Positions 1-11,200 of a stretch of 64,000 bases of DNA are shown one piece after another. The position numbers were made by a program, and so were the translations under genes. Below the pieces are notes generated by a model. It was not told where the DNA came from. It saw only the letters and a program-made list of their open reading frames with translations, and did not search any database. Origin of the DNA: an uncultured Lachnospiraceae bacterium. GTDB taxonomy: Bacteria > Bacillota > Clostridia > Lachnospirales > Lachnospiraceae. Positions within the stretch are counted from its first letter, which is position 1. The number at the start of each line of letters is the position of its first letter. The stretch covers positions 44,775-108,774 of the forward strand of contig CACZSI010000135.1 of assembly GCA_902783775.1 (NCBI GenBank). Direction: 5' to 3'.

Positions 1-990
1 ATGAGGTCTTAGTCCTAAGGCCCTTAGCTGTATTGCTAACCTGTGAGAAAATGATGTCTTTCCTGAGGAAGATGGCCCAGCTATCATAACGAATTTATTA
101 TTCTCACTAGAAGCAATCTTATCTGCAATCTCAGCAATATGTTTCTCCTGCAGCGCCTCCTGAACTAAAACTAAATCTTTAATCTCATTAGAGACCACTT
201 TTTCATTAATCTGAGAAATATTATTACCTCCCATAATTTTAGCCCAGTCGTGAGCCTTATCAAAAACCTCATATAATTTATCACTTATCTCTGGCTTACT
301 AATTGTTTTAGGACTATCAATATTAGGGAATAATAAAATCAGTCCCTTTTTATATTTAATTAAATCAAAATATTTTAAAATGCCTGTAGAATAAGCTAAA
401 TAACCATAAAAATAATCTTCAAATCCTGCCATATTATAAACATTCATTGTAGAACTTATTCTATATTTTAAAAGAGCACTTTTAGTGTGCATATTGTACT
501 TATCAAATAGCTTTTTAGCATCAGATATAGGCATATTTCTCTTAGTTATTATTATGTCTCGCTTATTATACGTTATCATCTTTTCCTTGATTTCATTAAT
601 TATCTCATCACTTATTTCTAAATATTTTAATGAATCTTTATTTCTTAGTTCGATATAATAACCATCTCCTAGAGAATTCATCACTTCTAAAACCACAGGA
701 TTCTTTTCGAAAACCTTATAGACTGCTTTTATAAGCATAAAGGTTAAACTCTTTCTATAGCATTCATTGCCAATAAATGTATCTGTGGCAATAAAAGATA
801 TCTCACAGTCATTCTTAATTACTGTAGACAATTCGCATAGTTTATTATCAATGCGACATAAAATAATATCAGCTTTATCGCTAAAGCTTATGCCCTCAAT
901 CTCGTTATTATTAATCATTTGATATAAACTATAGGCTGTAATTCCCTTTTTAATCTGAAAAACAGCATTGTCGATTTTTACATTAACCAT
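1..990 (-). CDS. Nucleoside (uridine) kinase family protein with ThrRS-like N-terminal region; 3' end runs off the window
   Basis: Not in the ORF track. ATG at 990 (MVNVKIDNAV...), CYRKSLTFMLIKAV segment, and P-loop VMIAGPSSSGKTSFSHRLAIQL near position 1-90. Confidence 0.85.
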   Translation of the reverse strand, partial: MVNVKIDNAVFQIKKGITAYSLYQMINNNEIEGISFSDKADIILCRIDNKLCELSTVIKNDCEISFIATDTFIGNECYRKSLTFMLIKAVYKVFEKNPVVLEVMNSLGDGYYIELRNKDSLKYLEISDEIINEIKEKMITYNKRDIIITKRNMPISDAKKLFDKYNMHTKSALLKYRISSTMNVYNMAGFEDYFYGYLAYSTGILKYFDLIKYKKGLILLFPNIDSPKTISKPEISDKLYEVFDKAHDWAKIMGGNNISQINEKVVSNEIKDLVLVQEALQEKHIAEIADKIASSENNKFVMIAGPSSSGKTSFSHRLAIQLRALGLRPH

Positions 991-1008
991 ATGCTAATCC
1001 TCACTTAG

Positions 1009-1668
1009 TTAATACTTTTCAAGTGCCAATTCTATATTCTTTTTATTTTTTATAATCTCGTCCACATTGTTTTTTTCTAAAATCTTATTGCAATTTTCTA
1101 ATTGTTTAGTCAGATATTCATATAAGATTTTATCTTTTCTATTTATTAAAATTCTACCGTACATAAGTTCATATGGATAATAATCATTTATTATGCCCTG
1201 GCATTTCTTAGCTTTAATAATCTGATAGTATTTGCCGGCATCAATTAAGATTTTTTCATCCACAATATCAAAACCATTATTTAATAAATACTCTCTAACA
1301 AGCCATTGCTTAGTATGTGGGGATACTATAAATTCAGAAACCGTGTCATTAATCTTAGATTCTTTTAAAATTCTAAGAATTAGATCTCCGCCCATACCAG
1401 CGATTATCACACTTTCACAATCACCTTTTTCTAATTTTTCCATTCCATCTGAAAGAAGGAATTTAATTTTATCCTCCACACCATTTAGTCTGGCATTTTC
1501 CATAGCACTATTAAGAGGTCCTTCATTTATATCCATGGCATATGCCATTGGACAAGTTTTATTCTTAACTAATTCTATAGGAATATATCCATGGTCACTT
1601 CCAACGTCTGCTATAACATTGCCCTTAGTAACCATATCTGCAATCGCTTGTAATCTAATTGATAACAT
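1009..1668 (-). CDS. trmK: tRNA (adenine(22)-N1)-methyltransferase
   Basis: RLQAIADMV, ADVGSDHGYIPI and IIAGMGG motifs; lies downstream of dnaG. Confidence 0.92.
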   Translation of the reverse strand: MLSIRLQAIADMVTKGNVIADVGSDHGYIPIELVKNKTCPMAYAMDINEGPLNSAMENARLNGVEDKIKFLLSDGMEKLEKGDCESVIIAGMGGDLILRILKESKINDTVSEFIVSPHTKQWLVREYLLNNGFDIVDEKILIDAGKYYQIIKAKKCQGIINDYYPYELMYGRILINRKDKILYEYLTKQLENCNKILEKNNVDEIIKNKKNIELALEKY

Positions 1669-1673
1669 ATCTT

Positions 1674-3437
1674 TTATAGGCTTATATAAATCTTGCCCAA
1701 CTCCTTTTGTTCGTTAATAATTTTCTGCATTGTGGCCATATCATTAGACTCGCCAGCCTTTAGCAATGCTTCATCCATACTTTTCTTCTTTAGTTTTATA
1801 ACCGCATCATTAATAGCTTTCTCTATCGCATCTTTAGGGGTATCACTAGGAAATGGCGCCGCAAAGAGATTAGCCACTTTACTGTGTTCTTCCTCATCAG
1901 TAAATTGATCCATAATACTAGCTGGATTTCCCTTTCCATTTTCCATTTGTTTCCAGAAAGCCTCTGCCACCTTGTGATAAAACTCATTGGAGAAATCATT
2001 AGGCGAGATTACTTCAGATACCTTTTTAAAGCAATTAACATCATCTAGCATATATGATAACAATATTCTTTGAACCATAACATCGGCATCATTTTTCTTA
2101 TTTTTCTTTTTCACCGGCTCTTCCACCTTATCAAAAGGCTTTCCATCATATGCTAACAGTTCTCTTTTTACCAATGTAGAAAGAGAATCTCTAGGAATAT
2201 CGAATTTCTCACATACTGAATCTATATAGTTTTCTCTCTCCATCTCATCCTCGAAAGACATAAACATTTTAGCCAGTTTTCTGTGGAAATTAGTTTTCTC
2301 CTGAGGGTCATTCATATCATATTTCTTCTGTTCTTGTTCTACCTGGAAAATAAAGAAATTCTTAGCATTTTCTATTCTCTTTTTATATTCTTCCACACCT
2401 AAGTTCTTTATAAACTCATCTGGATCCTTGTATGGCTTCATATCTAAGACCTTCACAGAAAAGCCTGCTGCTCTTAAATATGGTATGGCTCTAAGTGCAG
2501 CATTTTTACCAGCCTCATCACTATCAAAAGTCAATATAACTTCTTTAGTGTATCTCTTTAGCATCTGGGCATGTCTGGAATTAAACGCTGTTCCAAGGGC
2601 TGCCACTGCATTATTAAAGCCAGCCTGGTGAAGGCTTATTACATCCATATACCCTTCACAAATAAGCATATACTCTTCTCTAGATGTTCTAGCAACATTT
2701 AAACCGTATAGATTTCGACTCTTATCAAAAACCTTTGTCTCCGGCGAATTTAAGTATTTAGGCTTTCCATCTCCTAAAACTCGTCCACCAAAAGCAATTA
2801 CTCTATTATTAACATCCATAATAGGGAACATTACTCTATTCCAAAATCTATCATTTACACCATTTTTTTCATCATAATTAAACAGTAAAGTATGGCGAAG
2901 CTCATCATCCTTATATCCCTTAGATTTCAAATATCTATATAAAGAATCTCCGTATTTAGGAGCATAGCCTAAGCCGAACTTTACCACAGTTTCAGGCAAT
3001 AACTGTCTGCTAGAAAAATATTTCTTAGCAACATTGCCCTCATCAGATACCAACTTATGATAATAAAATTTAGCTGCCTCTGTGTTAATCTCTATTATTC
3101 TATTCTTTAAATCAAAAGCTTTTTTCTGCTCTTTAGTTAATTCCTGTTTAGGTAAAGCAATTCCTGCAGAATCCGCCAATGACTGCATTGCCTCAGTAAA
3201 AGAAATATTCTCATACTTCATTAAAAAGGTTAAAACATTTCCGCCTTCTCCACATCCAAAACAGTAAAACATCTGCTTTCTTCTGCTTACTGAAAAAGAA
3301 GGGGACTTTTCATTATGAAAAGGACATAATCCAAAATATGAGCTTCCAGTCTTTTTTAAGCTAACATATCTGCCAATTACATCCACAATATCATTGGCAT
3401 TTCTTACTTCCTCAATTAGTTCTTCTGAATAAAACAT
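1674..3437 (-). CDS. dnaG: DNA primase
   Basis: CPFHNEKSPSF...CFGC zinc ribbon, PKYLNSPET, TOPRIM EGYMDV and FDSDEAG, KDPDE. Confidence 0.98.
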   Translation of the reverse strand: MFYSEELIEEVRNANDIVDVIGRYVSLKKTGSSYFGLCPFHNEKSPSFSVSRRKQMFYCFGCGEGGNVLTFLMKYENISFTEAMQSLADSAGIALPKQELTKEQKKAFDLKNRIIEINTEAAKFYYHKLVSDEGNVAKKYFSSRQLLPETVVKFGLGYAPKYGDSLYRYLKSKGYKDDELRHTLLFNYDEKNGVNDRFWNRVMFPIMDVNNRVIAFGGRVLGDGKPKYLNSPETKVFDKSRNLYGLNVARTSREEYMLICEGYMDVISLHQAGFNNAVAALGTAFNSRHAQMLKRYTKEVILTFDSDEAGKNAALRAIPYLRAAGFSVKVLDMKPYKDPDEFIKNLGVEEYKKRIENAKNFFIFQVEQEQKKYDMNDPQEKTNFHRKLAKMFMSFEDEMERENYIDSVCEKFDIPRDSLSTLVKRELLAYDGKPFDKVEEPVKKKNKKNDADVMVQRILLSYMLDDVNCFKKVSEVISPNDFSNEFYHKVAEAFWKQMENGKGNPASIMDQFTDEEEHSKVANLFAAPFPSDTPKDAIEKAINDAVIKLKKKSMDEALLKAGESNDMATMQKIINEQKELGKIYISL

Positions 3438-3467
3438 TCTCTCTCCTTATATTTATATTGCAGATAA

Positions 3468-4475
3468 TTACATATTCCAGAATTTTGGCACATATATTTT
3501 TTGGAATGTCAAAACAGAATATTGATCTGTCATTCCTGCAATATAATCACAAACTACTCTTCTTTTATCCTCCCCCTTACTCTCTATTAGGGATAAAAAT
3601 TCCTTAGGTAATTCATCTATATGTTCTAAATAATAGTGGTAAAGATTTTTAATCATCTCTACCGCCTTAGTCTCCTCAAATTTAGCTAGCGGATTAGTAT
3701 ATACATTTTCAAACATATATTTTCTAAGATCCATCATAGCAACTCTTACTTCTTCAGTTTGAAGAATATCATTCTTATCCATGCTAGATTCCACTACATC
3801 ATGAATAAGCTTATTAAGCCTCTCCTTAGTAGTAGTTCCTAAAACATCAGTATACTCTTTAGGTATATCATTTTCAGATATTATTTTTCCTCTTATAGCA
3901 TCATCAATATCATGGTTAATATATGCTATTTTATCAGAGAGCCTAACCACTTTTCCCTCTAACGTAAAAGGATTACCCGTAGTTCTGTGATTTAAAATAC
4001 CATCCCTAACCTCTTTAGTAAGATTAAGACCTCTTCCATCTTTTTCAATAACTTCAACCACTCTTATGCTCTGCTCATAGTGCTTAAATCCTAATTCACA
4101 AATATCGTTTAGAGCCCTCTCTCCGGCATGGCCAAAAGGAGTATGTCCTAAATCATGACCTAGAGCAATAGCTTCAGTTAAATCTTCATTTAATCCTAGG
4201 GCTCTTGATATACTTCTGGCAATCTGCGACACCTCTAGAGTATGAGTTAATCTGGTTCTGTAATGATCACCCATAGGTGCTAAGAAAACCTGGGTTTTAT
4301 GTTTAAGTCTTCTAAATGACTTACAATGAATGATTCTATCCCTATCTCTTTGATAACAGGTTCTCATATCATCATCTTCTTCAAAAACATCTCGTCCCAC
4401 TGAATCAACACTAAAACTAGCATATGGATTCAATATCTGTTTTTCTATAGCCTGGTGCCTTTCTCTAATATTCAT
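3468..4475 (-). CDS. dgt: dGTP triphosphohydrolase-like HD protein
   Basis: RDRDRIIH..SFRRLKHKTQVF, RTRLTHTLEV, HDLGHTPFGHAGE, DYIAGMTD. Confidence 0.93.
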   Translation of the reverse strand: MNIRERHQAIEKQILNPYASFSVDSVGRDVFEEDDDMRTCYQRDRDRIIHCKSFRRLKHKTQVFLAPMGDHYRTRLTHTLEVSQIARSISRALGLNEDLTEAIALGHDLGHTPFGHAGERALNDICELGFKHYEQSIRVVEVIEKDGRGLNLTKEVRDGILNHRTTGNPFTLEGKVVRLSDKIAYINHDIDDAIRGKIISENDIPKEYTDVLGTTTKERLNKLIHDVVESSMDKNDILQTEEVRVAMMDLRKYMFENVYTNPLAKFEETKAVEMIKNLYHYYLEHIDELPKEFLSLIESKGEDKRRVVCDYIAGMTDQYSVLTFQKIYVPKFWNM

Positions 4476-4494
4476 AATTACCTCCGTATATTAT

Positions 4495-4531
4495 AAAAAA
4501 ACCGCATTCTTTCTAATTAGATGCGGCTTTT
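4495..4531 (-). terminator. Intrinsic terminator downstream of tmRNA
   Basis: Minus-strand CCGCAT...ATGCGG stem followed by a T-run. Confidence 0.6.
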
Positions 4532-4603
4532 GCGTTATATAACACGAATATTAATTCTTACTTAAATAATAACCTTTTAGATTAATAATTAGAAATATAA
4601 TAG

Positions 4604-4945
4604 TGGACCAGACGGGAGTTGAACCCGTGTCCAAAAATCCTTTCACTGTTCTTCTACTATCATATTCAGTTATTTAAGATTCCCTTTGATTACCGAAAAC
4701 TGACATCCTGTAATCATCAGTAGCTTCATAAATCTCTTTTATATTCAAAGCTTTATATAAAAGGTTCCCTACGAAATGATAATACCATACTCTAGGTGTA
4801 GGATACTAAAGTATGACAGCTACCAATTAATTAGGCAGCAAATGCTACTTTTTCGTTAGCGTTTAATTTTAAATTGTGATTTAACGCATCAACCTACGGA
4901 TAGCTTCACCAGCTTCCAAACCCCTGTCGAAACCAGTACTGGCCC
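4604..4945 (-). ncRNA. ssrA: tmRNA; tag peptide (A)ANEKVAFAA* at 4831-4860
   Basis: 5' GGGCCAGTACTGGTTTCGAC; 3' T-arm ACGGGTTCAACTCCCGT; acceptor stem GGGCCAG/CTGGTCC with G3-U; tag GCT AAC GAA AAA GTA GCA TTT GCT GCC TAA. CCA is not encoded. Confidence 0.96.
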
Positions 4946-4963
4946 AAATTATTACCATAATTA

Positions 4964-4992
4964 ATAATATTATAAAGTTATTTTTTCGTCAA
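4964..4992 (-). promoter_or_regulatory. SigA-type promoter for tmRNA, overlapping the kinase 3' end
   Basis: TTGACG-17 bp-TATTAT. Confidence 0.6.
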
Positions 4993-6484
4993 CTCTTTGT
5001 TCCTTAGGAATAGCAAAATAGAATTCTACACCGTCTTTTAAATTGTTAAATCCATAAATACCATGGTGAATTTCTATAACATTCTTAACCATATAAAGTC
5101 CTAGTCCGCTGCCTTTTTGTCCACTTAAGTTTTCAACCTTATCACCGGTATAGAATTTATTCCAAATAACATCTCTAAACTTCTCATCAATTAAAGGACC
5201 TTTATTAGAGACAGAAACTTTTATCATACCATCTATTTCTTCTATCTTTACGATGATATCAGAGTTGTTTTTGCTATGTTTAACGGCATTAGATACATAA
5301 TTATCTACAGCCTGTTCTATATATCTTTCATTGACAACAGCATAATAATCATCATTAATAAGGGCTACAATATTTATGCCTTTATTATTAATGATAGCGC
5401 TATTTTTAGTACAAACTTTCCCTACTAACTCAGAAATATTCTTCTCTACGAAGTTAAGCTCTCTGTTCTCACTTTGAGCATCATATAATACAATCAATTC
5501 ATTAATCATATTGCCAAGTCCCTGTGTCTCCTCGATAACAGATTGACAATATTCTTGTTTCTTTTCAGGATCATCTATAAGTGATAGCATCTCAACCTGA
5601 CTAGAAATAATCGCTAGAGGAGTTTTCATCTCATGAGAAACATTATTTAAAAACTCTCTCTTTCTCTCATCTGCTTCAATTCTATATTGAAGCTGCTGCT
5701 CTAATTCTTCCATCTGCTGCACAATCTGATCTTGCATACCATTTATACTTACAGACAGACTATCTAATTCTTTAATGCCATTCTTCTCAGATAACTTCTC
5801 CGAATAATTTTTAGCCGGAGCATTTTTAGTAACCCTCTCAATATTTTTTATTGGTTTTCTTATAGATTCAGAATTTAAAATACCAATTATTAGCTGAATT
5901 AAAATAAATGCGACTCCTATAATAAAAATAAAGCCTCTGGTATATAAGAATCCAATAGAAATTTTTACTTTATCCTCATAAATATAAATATAGTATCTCT
6001 TTTTATTCTGAGTTACATATCCAAATCCACTTATACGCTTCTTCGTTTCCTTTATCTGAAAATCTTTCTTAAAATTAAGAACATTCTTTTTAATATATTT
6101 ATCTATGTTATATTTAACGGTACTCTGCTCTAAAATAAGATTCTTTCTAGCTTCCTGCTTTTGCTCACTATTCTTTTTTGATACAACTAATAAATTACTA
6201 GCCTTTAAGGCGTTTTCAAACTTTTCATCGGCAATAACAAAATTCAAGTTTCTGTTAATATATGTTTGAATACCTGAATCTGTATTTTCTAATTTAGTCA
6301 TATCTAAGGATGCAACGTATTTATACGCTTTTTTAATAATCCCCTTTTTCTTATTAAAATAATACGGTTGGAAAAGGCTATTATATACTAAAACAAAAAT
6401 TATAGTAATCATTATAGATGATAATAGCTGAATCGTAATATTCTTTCTTCGTATAGAAGGGGATTTTTTACCAATATATAACAT
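4970..6484 (-). CDS. Membrane sensor histidine kinase (HAMP, HisKA, HATPase)
   Basis: Two TM segments; FLNNVSHEMKTPL H-box, NYVSNAVKH N-box, GSGLGLYMVK G-box. Confidence 0.93.
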   Translation of the reverse strand: MLYIGKKSPSIRRKNITIQLLSSIMITIIFVLVYNSLFQPYYFNKKKGIIKKAYKYVASLDMTKLENTDSGIQTYINRNLNFVIADEKFENALKASNLLVVSKKNSEQKQEARKNLILEQSTVKYNIDKYIKKNVLNFKKDFQIKETKKRISGFGYVTQNKKRYYIYIYEDKVKISIGFLYTRGFIFIIGVAFILIQLIIGILNSESIRKPIKNIERVTKNAPAKNYSEKLSEKNGIKELDSLSVSINGMQDQIVQQMEELEQQLQYRIEADERKREFLNNVSHEMKTPLAIISSQVEMLSLIDDPEKKQEYCQSVIEETQGLGNMINELIVLYDAQSENRELNFVEKNISELVGKVCTKNSAIINNKGINIVALINDDYYAVVNERYIEQAVDNYVSNAVKHSKNNSDIIVKIEEIDGMIKVSVSNKGPLIDEKFRDVIWNKFYTGDKVENLSGQKGSGLGLYMVKNVIEIHHGIYGFNNLKDGVEFYFAIPKEQRVDEKITL

Positions 6485-6497
6485 AAACTAACCTCGA

Positions 6498-7196
6498 TTA
6501 TTCTGAAGGATTTTCATCGAAAATATATCCCATACCATAAATAGATTTAATATATTTTCCGCCATCTCCTAATTTAATTCTAAGCTGTTTTATAATAGTA
6601 TCAACTGTTCTGTCAGTACCATTATAATCCTCGCCCCAAACATTATTAAGAATCTGCTCTCTCTTTAAGGCAATATTTTTATTAGTCATAATATATTCCA
6701 TAACCTTAAATTCTTTTGGGGTGGTAATGATGTAATTATCTTTATAAAAAACTTTCTGTGACATAGGATCAATAGTGATATCTCCCACAGTAATCTTTTC
6801 GTCATCAGTTTCCGGATTAGAAATCTTATTAGATCTCTTCAAAACAGCCTCAATCCTTGATTTAAGAACTGCTAAAACAATTGGTTTTTTAATATAATCA
6901 TCTACACCATTATTAAAGCTCTTTAACTGCTCATAATCACCGGCCTTAGCAGTCATCATAATTACCGGCACATCAGATATTTCTCTAATGGACTTTAACA
7001 CTTCCTGTCCATCAACTCCAGGAAGCATGATATCTAATAAAACCAAATCAATATTTTCAATATTATCATTGATAATATCAATAGCTTCTCCTCCGTCTCC
7101 AGAGCCAAAAACCTCATAATCATACAGTCTCAAAAAATCTGATATAGCATTTCTAAGCTTAATTTCGTCCTCAACAATAAATATTCTCTTTTTCAT
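6498..7196 (-). CDS. OmpR/PhoB-family response regulator
   Basis: IVEDE, LLDIMLPG receiver domain; RTVDTIIKQLRIKL winged helix. Confidence 0.95.
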   Translation of the reverse strand: MKKRIFIVEDEIKLRNAISDFLRLYDYEVFGSGDGGEAIDIINDNIENIDLVLLDIMLPGVDGQEVLKSIREISDVPVIMMTAKAGDYEQLKSFNNGVDDYIKKPIVLAVLKSRIEAVLKRSNKISNPETDDEKITVGDITIDPMSQKVFYKDNYIITTPKEFKVMEYIMTNKNIALKREQILNNVWGEDYNGTDRTVDTIIKQLRIKLGDGGKYIKSIYGMGYIFDENPSE

Positions 7197-7234
7197 ATTC
7201 TCACCTAACCTTTCGTTCTTTCCACCTTAAGACA

Positions 7235-7267
7235 ATTATATCAAATAAATATGTCAAAAATATGTCA
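7235..7267 (-). promoter_or_regulatory. Extended -10 promoter with an 11-bp-period direct repeat (candidate OmpR-family box)
   Basis: Minus strand TGACATATTT-T-TGACATATTT-ATT-TGA-TATAAT. Confidence 0.6.
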
Positions 7268-7278
7268 GAAACAAGGTA

Positions 7279-8289
7279 TTAGAATAAATATTTCACAAAA
7301 CCTTTGCCAGCCTTAGAAACCACCTTAGCATTAGCCCCCATAATCCATGAAAATTGCGGTCCTTTATGACCTAAATCAGCTTCGAATATTATTGGAACAT
7401 TAAGAGACTCTAATGCTCTAAGCACCGCCTTTTTATAATCCTCATAATATTCATAGTTATAAAACATAGGTCTGCCAAATATAAATCCTTTAGCATTTTC
7501 AAAATACCCCCTGCTTTTCATCTGCCATAAATGAGCTATCATATCAATATCATTTAAGCTAAATGTTTCTAAACACCAAATAATTCCATCATCTTTATAT
7601 TTCTCTACAAACTCTAAACCGCCATCATATTCAGTTCCAATTAAAGATACTATAACATCAAAGCATCCCCCCACTAATCTTCCCTGAATTTCAATATCCT
7701 TATCAGGATAATTTTGCCATAAAACTTTTTTATCCTTAAAATACCCCTCTAGGCCTGTCTCATAATCATGAAACTCATCTTCATAGTATTCAAAAGATTC
7801 CTGCTTATCTATTTTCCCGGATAAAATATCATAAGCTTCGCTGACACATCTCTCCCATTTACCCATTCCAAAATCACCGATATTACAGCCGTAAATTGAT
7901 GCAATATCACATTTAGTAACTAGCGGATAAATCAGTCCTGTATTATCAGAAAAGCCCTGATACCATTTAGGATTATTCTTTATATAGTCCCAATCTAAAT
8001 ATGGCAATATTTCAAAGAGAAAGTCGCCGCCACAAGCTGAAATAATGGCCTTTATATTGTCATCCTTCATCATTTTATTGATTCCTTCAGCCCTTCTTTT
8101 AGGACTAGCGCTATTGCCATAGTCATCTTCTGTAAATACAATATCATCTAAAACCACATTTATATTTCTAGCGTTAAAATTCTTTACGCTATTTTTAGTT
8201 CTAGCAATCTTAACTTCCTTTGTTATGCCTCCCGAAGGCGCTGTGACACCTATTGTGTCACCTTCTTTAATAAATTCTGGAAATCTCAT
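7279..8289 (-). CDS. S66 family LD-carboxypeptidase (MccF-like)
   Basis: GDTIGVTAPS, ACGGD, GFSDNT (catalytic Ser), DLGH (catalytic His). Confidence 0.88.
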   Translation of the reverse strand: MRFPEFIKEGDTIGVTAPSGGITKEVKIARTKNSVKNFNARNINVVLDDIVFTEDDYGNSASPKRRAEGINKMMKDDNIKAIISACGGDFLFEILPYLDWDYIKNNPKWYQGFSDNTGLIYPLVTKCDIASIYGCNIGDFGMGKWERCVSEAYDILSGKIDKQESFEYYEDEFHDYETGLEGYFKDKKVLWQNYPDKDIEIQGRLVGGCFDVIVSLIGTEYDGGLEFVEKYKDDGIIWCLETFSLNDIDMIAHLWQMKSRGYFENAKGFIFGRPMFYNYEYYEDYKKAVLRALESLNVPIIFEADLGHKGPQFSWIMGANAKVVSKAGKGFVKYLF

Positions 8290-8299
8290 CTTAGCTCCT

Positions 8300-11200
8300 T
8301 TATATAACTTGTGCTTCTTTTAGTTTAGTAGAATAGATTAAACATTCTTTAACCTCTAGGCCACTGATTCTTTCTGCAGCAGCTTTATATGAATCTAGCT
8401 GAATTTTATATCGATCTTTTAGTTCACTAAAATCACTTACGCTATCGGTTTTATAATCCACTATAACTACTTTATTATCTTCTATAAACATCGCATCTAT
8501 AATACCCTGAATTACCACTAATTCATCTGAATCCGTATCATTAATCTCATTAGCATTTACTCCTAATAAAAATTTTTGTTCCTTGTAAAGTTTATTATTT
8601 TCATCAGCAATGCTCATTCTCTTAAATAATTCAGTATCCGTAAACGATAGGATATCTTTAGGATTAATAGATGATACAACTTTTTTATCAATTAAGTTAT
8701 CATCCGCTAATTCCTTAATAAAAGTGCTTATCTCTTCTTCATTGTAACTTTTCTTAAAGTCTAGTAATTCAAATATCTTATGATATGCAGTTCCTCGCAT
8801 GCTTCCTGTAACTTCATCATCAGTTTTTTTAGTGAAATCTAATTCTCTATATTCTTTTTGAGGCGCCACAGACTCATGCATATATTCAATGTCTTCTAAA
8901 TGTTCTTTCTTTAATTCAGTAACACTTACCTTAGATTTTAGTGCAATATCTTTTACATACGGATACTCAAAATCTAAATCAACTAGCATTTTATCTACAG
9001 CATTCTTATCCACCTCTTTTGATTCTAAGTCTTTAAGCCAACTAGTTTTAGTCACTGTATCAGTAATCATATTGGTATTTTTTCTATGTTCTACACTTTC
9101 TGCACTTACATACTTAAAGGCTATATTAGAATCTATTCCATAACGTTCAATTGACATTAAGCGCTGTCTTAACTCATCATCTAATTCGTCATCTATATCA
9201 TTATATGATTTATTCATAGCGCAGGCCTTGCCAATTAAATCAAAATAGTTTTTAGAAGCTAATAAATCGTATTTATTTAAAAATTTATCATTATTTAATC
9301 TGTAAGAAGCAAATACTGTTTCATCTTTTACTTCTCCTGTAATAATAAGCTTTTCTTGTGCTCTAGTTAGCGCCACATATAAAAGTCTTAGATCCTCAGC
9401 TTTCTCTTCCCTATCGTTATATTCTTTAATATAGTCATCAAGCATAGTTTTTTTCGAAAACATATTAACTTCATCAATACACTCTATGCTTACATCACCC
9501 TTATCATCGAATTCAATAGGAACCTTATTTCCTCCACCGGTTAAGCTAGTATTGGCATTGGCAAATATAACTACAGGAAACTGCAATCCCTTACTACTAT
9601 GAATAGTCATTATTCTAACTACATTATCACTTTCAGTAATAGTTGATGCTTTATCAATATCAGTATCTTTACTAGATATTTTCTCAATATATCTTATAAA
9701 GTTAAATAGCCCCTTATAACTAATAGCATCATATTCATTGGCTTTTCTCTTTAAGATATCTAAATTAAGAATTCTACTATCTCCGTTAGGTAATGATCTT
9801 ACATAATATTCTAAACCTGTTCTATTTAAAATATCATTAATCAAATCATAAACAGATGTGTGACTAACTATACTTCTATAATAGTCAATAAGTTCAATAA
9901 AGTTTCTTGTCTTTATTGCCAAGTCATCATCTAAAGCGTTAGCATACTGGTTAATTACGCTATATAAGTCTCCTCCAAACCCCTTAGTTTTAATCTTAGC
10001 TAATTCATTTGGTGTAAAACCAAATACATCATTAGTCATTACTGCTGCTAGGGCAATGTCCTGATGAGGATTATTGATAATAGATAAAATATCTACCATA
10101 ATTGATACTTCTAAAGAATCGAAAAATCCATTTTGTGTATCTAAAAATACAGGTACACCCTGAGCATCTAGTTCATTTTTAAATGTCGGTCCCGGTGTTT
10201 TTATATTTCTTAGAAGAATAACGATATCGCTGTATTTAATAGGTCGCATAACGCCTTTATCAGCTACCATCATCTTACTATCTACCATTTCCTTAATTTT
10301 AGATGCCACAAAAGAAGCACCATTGTTACATCCAGTCGTTTTTTCTACCATAATAATTTCAGTAGAATTATCCTGGTTTTCAGGAAGTTTAGGATAATCC
10401 GCCTTTTTATTTAGACGGTTATTCTCTGTGTACTGAATCCCACCTACTTCTCTGTGCATAATAAAATCAAAGATAAAGTTAACGCTATTAATAACCTCTT
10501 GTCTACTTCTAAAATTATCATCTAACACGATTTTTACAGAATCATCTGTTAAATCACTTGAATAATTATCAAATTTATCGATAAATAATTCTGGGTTAGC
10601 ATTTCTAAATCTATAAATACTTTGCTTTACATCCCCCACCATAAACATATTATTGTAGCCAAAGCCACCTGCTAGAGAAGATAAAATCAGCTCCTGTAGC
10701 ATATTACTATCCTGATACTCATCTATCATTATCTCTTCGAAATTAGTAGACATGGCTTTAGCTGTCTTTGATGGAATATAATTTCCCTCTTCGTCCCTAT
10801 CATTTAATATTTCTAGGGCTGCCATTGACACATCGCAAAAGTCCATTATATTCTTTTCACTTCTAGCTTTCTCATAAGCTTTTCGATATTCTAATGTTAA
10901 ATCAATTAAAGTATCTATCTGACTTTTGCATAATTTCATTTCAGTTAGTATCTCATCAACGCTTCTTGAAAGATACTTACTTTTATCATTTTTACCACAC
11001 TTAAAAATCTGAGTTTTCTTTGTACTTAAAACAGCCTTTAAACTATCCGGTTTCAAACTGGATGGAAAACTAGCTTTGTTTCCATTAAATTCAGGCCATT
11101 TATTTATTAACTCTTCTAGTGTATTACAATCTTTAATTTTTCTTAATTCAATTACGACGTTATATATCTTTTCTGATTTATTATCTTTTAAAGCCGCATC

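Noticed and set aside
3468-4475. dGTPase as an anti-phage defence gene
   Set aside because: It is the short housekeeping type in its usual position upstream of dnaG, with no defence context.
4560-4945. tmRNA or tRNAs as integration sites of an island
   Set aside because: No integrase and no duplicated 3' end (att site) was seen in the window.
7279-8289. MccF microcin immunity or a bacteriocin locus
   Set aside because: No precursor or modification genes are nearby; a generic S66 peptidase is the simpler call.
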